Origin: a virus
Direction: 5' to 3' (one strand)
Length of the DNA stretch: 64,000 nt
Virus record (IMG/VR): IMGVR_UViG_3300044811_000054
Location: 12,407-76,406 of that record
The notes beneath the pieces were generated by a model. That model was not told the origin of the DNA. It saw nothing but the letters and a program-made list of their open reading frames with translations, and did not search any database. Position numbers and translations under genes: made by a program. This document shows positions 61,006-64,000 of this stretch, piece by piece. Every line of letters begins with the position of its first letter. Positions within the stretch are counted from its first letter, which is position 1.

Positions 61006-64000
61006 GGCTGCGGCTCCTGCGGCCTCGGACTGATCGTCCCGTGTCCGTCGCGCCCGGAGTGGTCCTCGACCTGGCCCTCATGGCCGTCATCGTCCCGCTC
61101 CAGCCGCCAGGTGCCGCGCTGCAACTCGGTTCCGTTCGTCATCAGCCATCCCTCCGGACGGTGTAACGATCCTGCACGGCCGCCTCGTGGTACATGCCGG
61201 CCAGAATCTCGGCCGCCTCCTCGGGGGTGGGCTTCCACTGGCGGCGCCGCTGCTCAGACATTGACCCGCCGCCGATCCCTGCCCGCGGCCTGTGCGGCGC
61301 GGGACTGCGGGTCATGCTGTGTGCCGGGCGTCGGACGGTCCTGGCTGCTGCTCTGCTGCCCGCTCGTGGCGGTATCCTCTGCCATGCGATTCCTTCCTCT
61401 ACGTGGGGATTGCTGAGCGGGGCTCGCGGTCTGGCCGGATGGCAGAGCCCCGCACTCATTCACTTGCCGTGCGCGCCCACTCGATCGCCTTGTCGGGGTC
61501 CTGACGCCAACTGTCCGGATAGCCCAGCGCAGGCTCCCGGCTGGTGTCGCTCGACGAACCGGTGAACACGGCCCATCCCTCGCCGGACGGGCGCTGCAGC
61601 ACTGTGCGGGACGTGTCGTCGGCGCGACGCACCCGCCAGCCTTTGTGGATCGGGACGGTGTCCGCGGCGAGGGTGATGATCGGGGCGGTCATTCGAACGC
61701 CTCCAGCAGTTCGTGGAAGCAGGCAACCCGCGACAGGCGGTCCGGGTCGACGCTGAGGTCGATCGCGTTGTCAGCCGCCGCCATCGGCTTATGGCAGTAC
61801 GAGAAAAGGGCGTCGCCGTGATTGCCGGGCAGCCCCTTCAACTGCTTCCACGCCAACTCGCGCGTCTGCTCCGACGGGAATGGGCCGACCATCCACATTT
61901 CGTTGTGGGTGTCGTTGTCGCCCCAGAACGCTTCGACCTCGATCGTCAGTTCGCTCATTGCGGATCCCCGATCAGCGAACGGATAGCCTCGTCGGCCGTA
62001 TTGAACCCCGGACTGCTGATCTCATCCGGGTGCCGGACCCAGGCCACGAACCCGCCGTACAGGCCAGGGGCGACCCTTCCGGCAAGCTCATCCGCGGGAG
62101 CGCAGGCAACGTCGTAGTGCCCGGCACTGGTCTCATTCACCCGCGGGTCGCGGTCGTAGGCGCTCATCGCAACGCCCATTCGATCGTGTCGTCCGCCGAA
62201 TATGACGAGCTGCCGCCGATCGCATCTTCCAGCGATGCCGTACCAGGCTCGTATCGATCCACGAAACCCGCCCACAGTCCGTTCGGCAGCGGGTAGACCC
62301 GAACCAGCCCGAGTCGAGGGCTCAGCACTGAATAGCCGTAGTCCAACCGTCGGACTCTCTCATCGTCCAGGATGCTCATCGCAGGAACTCCGCTCCGGCG
62401 CCCGGTCCGCCCCACACCTCGGCCAGTGCGGCCTTGTCCTCGGGGCTCGCGTCGGCCTCGACGAGCAGATCCCTGAGGTCCCGGCCGAACGAGTCGGCAG
62501 AAGTGCTGATGCGTCGACCCAGTTCGCGGGCCGACTCGGGCAGGTCGTCGAGGTAGGACAGGTCGCGGGGGTACGTGTAGGCGTAGTTGGTCATGTTCGT
62601 CCTTGTCTCGGTCGTCTCGTCTGACTAACCGCCACGAGGTCCAGCCGCGGGGAAGCAGGCTGGGCCCCAAGGTGGCCGATCAGCCCGACGTCTCCTCGGT
62701 GGCGAACGCGGCCTGTACGGCCTGCCGCGCCCACTGCATCCGCCGGCAGGCGCAGTCGGGGTGCTCGCCGAACTCCTGTGCCACCAGGGCGGTGCACCAG
62801 ACTTCGCCATGCTGGACGACCGTGGCGTGCACGACATCCCACACCTGCCGTGTCGACGGATGCTGCGAGGGCTGCAGGTCGGAGGCGAACAGGGCCTCAG
62901 CACGCAGGTCGAGGACCAGATCCAGGACGGCGGTCACGACAACACCCCCGCAGTCCGCAACGCCTCACGCAATTCGTCGGGCGTCGAGTCGAACAGCGCC
63001 TCAATCTCCACCCGGCCGTTGTCGTCGAACCGGGCGAGCGCCGGCATCCCGCCGGCGGCGATACCGTCCGCCAGTTCGCGCAGGAGGATCGCTGCAGCCT
63101 TCGGGGCGTCCCCGGCGTTCATGAACGGGTATCGCTCACAAAGCGCTGCGGTCAGTGCGTCGAATCCGGCGGTCATGACGCTGCCCTCGACTCGCGCCAG
63201 ACATGCCAGCCGTGACGGACCAGGCCGACGAACGTCGACGGCAGGCGCCGCTCATCCGACCAGCCGCATTTACCGTCGGCCAACGGCAGGCAGGCCAGCG
63301 TTTCCACGGCCTGAACGCCCACATACGGTTCGACGGCGTCGGCCAACGCCTCCAGCAGCCGTGCCCGGTCGGCGACGGCCGGTGTTGCCGCCATCCGGTC
63401 CAGGACCGGGCCTGCGTACGGCTCCAGCCACGTGTCGGTGGTGAACCGGCGGGTCAACTGTCCGCAGGCCACCAACTCCACGTCGGCGACCAGGGTCAAC
63501 AGTAGCGCCGATGAGGCCAGCGCCTCGGCCAGGTCCCGGCCGTCGTCCTCCATCGGGTCCGGGCCGAACACCTCGGTGTGCATGTCGGCCATCGCCTGCT
63601 CGGTCTCGTAGGCGGCGACGAGCAGCCTCGCCCGTTCGTGCCCGTCGGTGGTCTCGGCGAGACGGTCGAAAATGCGTCCGGCGGCAGTGTCGAGGTCGAA
63701 GTATTCGCGTCGGGTGGCCATCGCTCAGCCCTCCTTCAGTGACTTGTCGATCGCGGCCCGCCTGTCCGCGCCACGGGCCCGCCTGTGTTCCAGCGGCGGC
63801 ACATCCGCGTCCGGCTCGGGCAGTACGTCACGCTCGAAGCCGCGGGTGATCGCGGCGAACTCCAGGAAGTCGCCCCAGTCGCCGAAGTCGCCGGGCGGGG
63901 TCAGGGTGGAGGTGGACATCGGATACTCCCGTTCTCTGGTTAGACCGCTTCGCACATCGGCATGATGCGCATGGACTCGACCTGGTCGTTCGCCCAGCCG
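61002..64000 (-). other. Run of small hypothetical genes, continuing beyond the window
   Basis: Coupled ORFs ending at 61456, 61689, 61955, 62164, 62376, 62934, 63173, 63725. Confidence 0.7.
62680..62937 (-). CDS. Small actinomycete-type protein
   Basis: RAEALFASDLQPS...VAQEFGEHP...RMQWAR pattern, recalled from Micromonosporaceae-type genomes. Confidence 0.55.
   Translation of the reverse strand: MTAVLDLVLDLRAEALFASDLQPSQHPSTRQVWDVVHATVVQHGEVWCTALVAQEFGEHPDCACRRMQWARQAVQAAFATEETSG

Larger units (their letters stand above)
1..64000. mobile_element. Temperate actinophage genome segment, apparently unintegrated (attP form)
   Basis: Portal, TerL/TerS, replication, immunity and integrase genes; dense small genes coupled by ATGA/GTGA overlaps; no host housekeeping genes; phage-like genes on both sides of the att core. 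Confidence 0.92.

Overview
High-GC actinobacterial temperate phage sequence; the host is probably a filamentous actinomycete such as Micromonosporaceae (inference). The window covers the start of the packaging genes and a very long early/accessory region. Left to right: partial portal; terminase large subunit split by a -1 frame transition inside its Walker A motif; an HNH endonuclease between TerL and TerS; a putative late regulator; a lambda-like replication module (iteron-containing initiator, DnaC-like loader, DnaB); RusA, ASCH, HIT, N4-cytosine methyltransferase and a recombinase-like/exonuclease pair; a LAGLIDADG endonuclease with a recoded duplicate of its neighbour's 3' end; xis-cro-cI-int; an apparently intact attP (3' half of tRNA-Val(GAC) with arm repeats on both sides); then about 28 kb of small genes containing a second, plasmid-like replication module. 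Best novel candidate: TerL seems to need a programmed -1 ribosomal frameshift, with an internal SD, a G GGA AAA slippery site and an 11-bp stem-loop. Caveat: at least four other single-base lesions occur in the window, so sequence error is not excluded. Also notable are about eight small leaderless regulator cassettes, each with its own operator repeat. All family assignments come from motif recognition by eye, not database searches.
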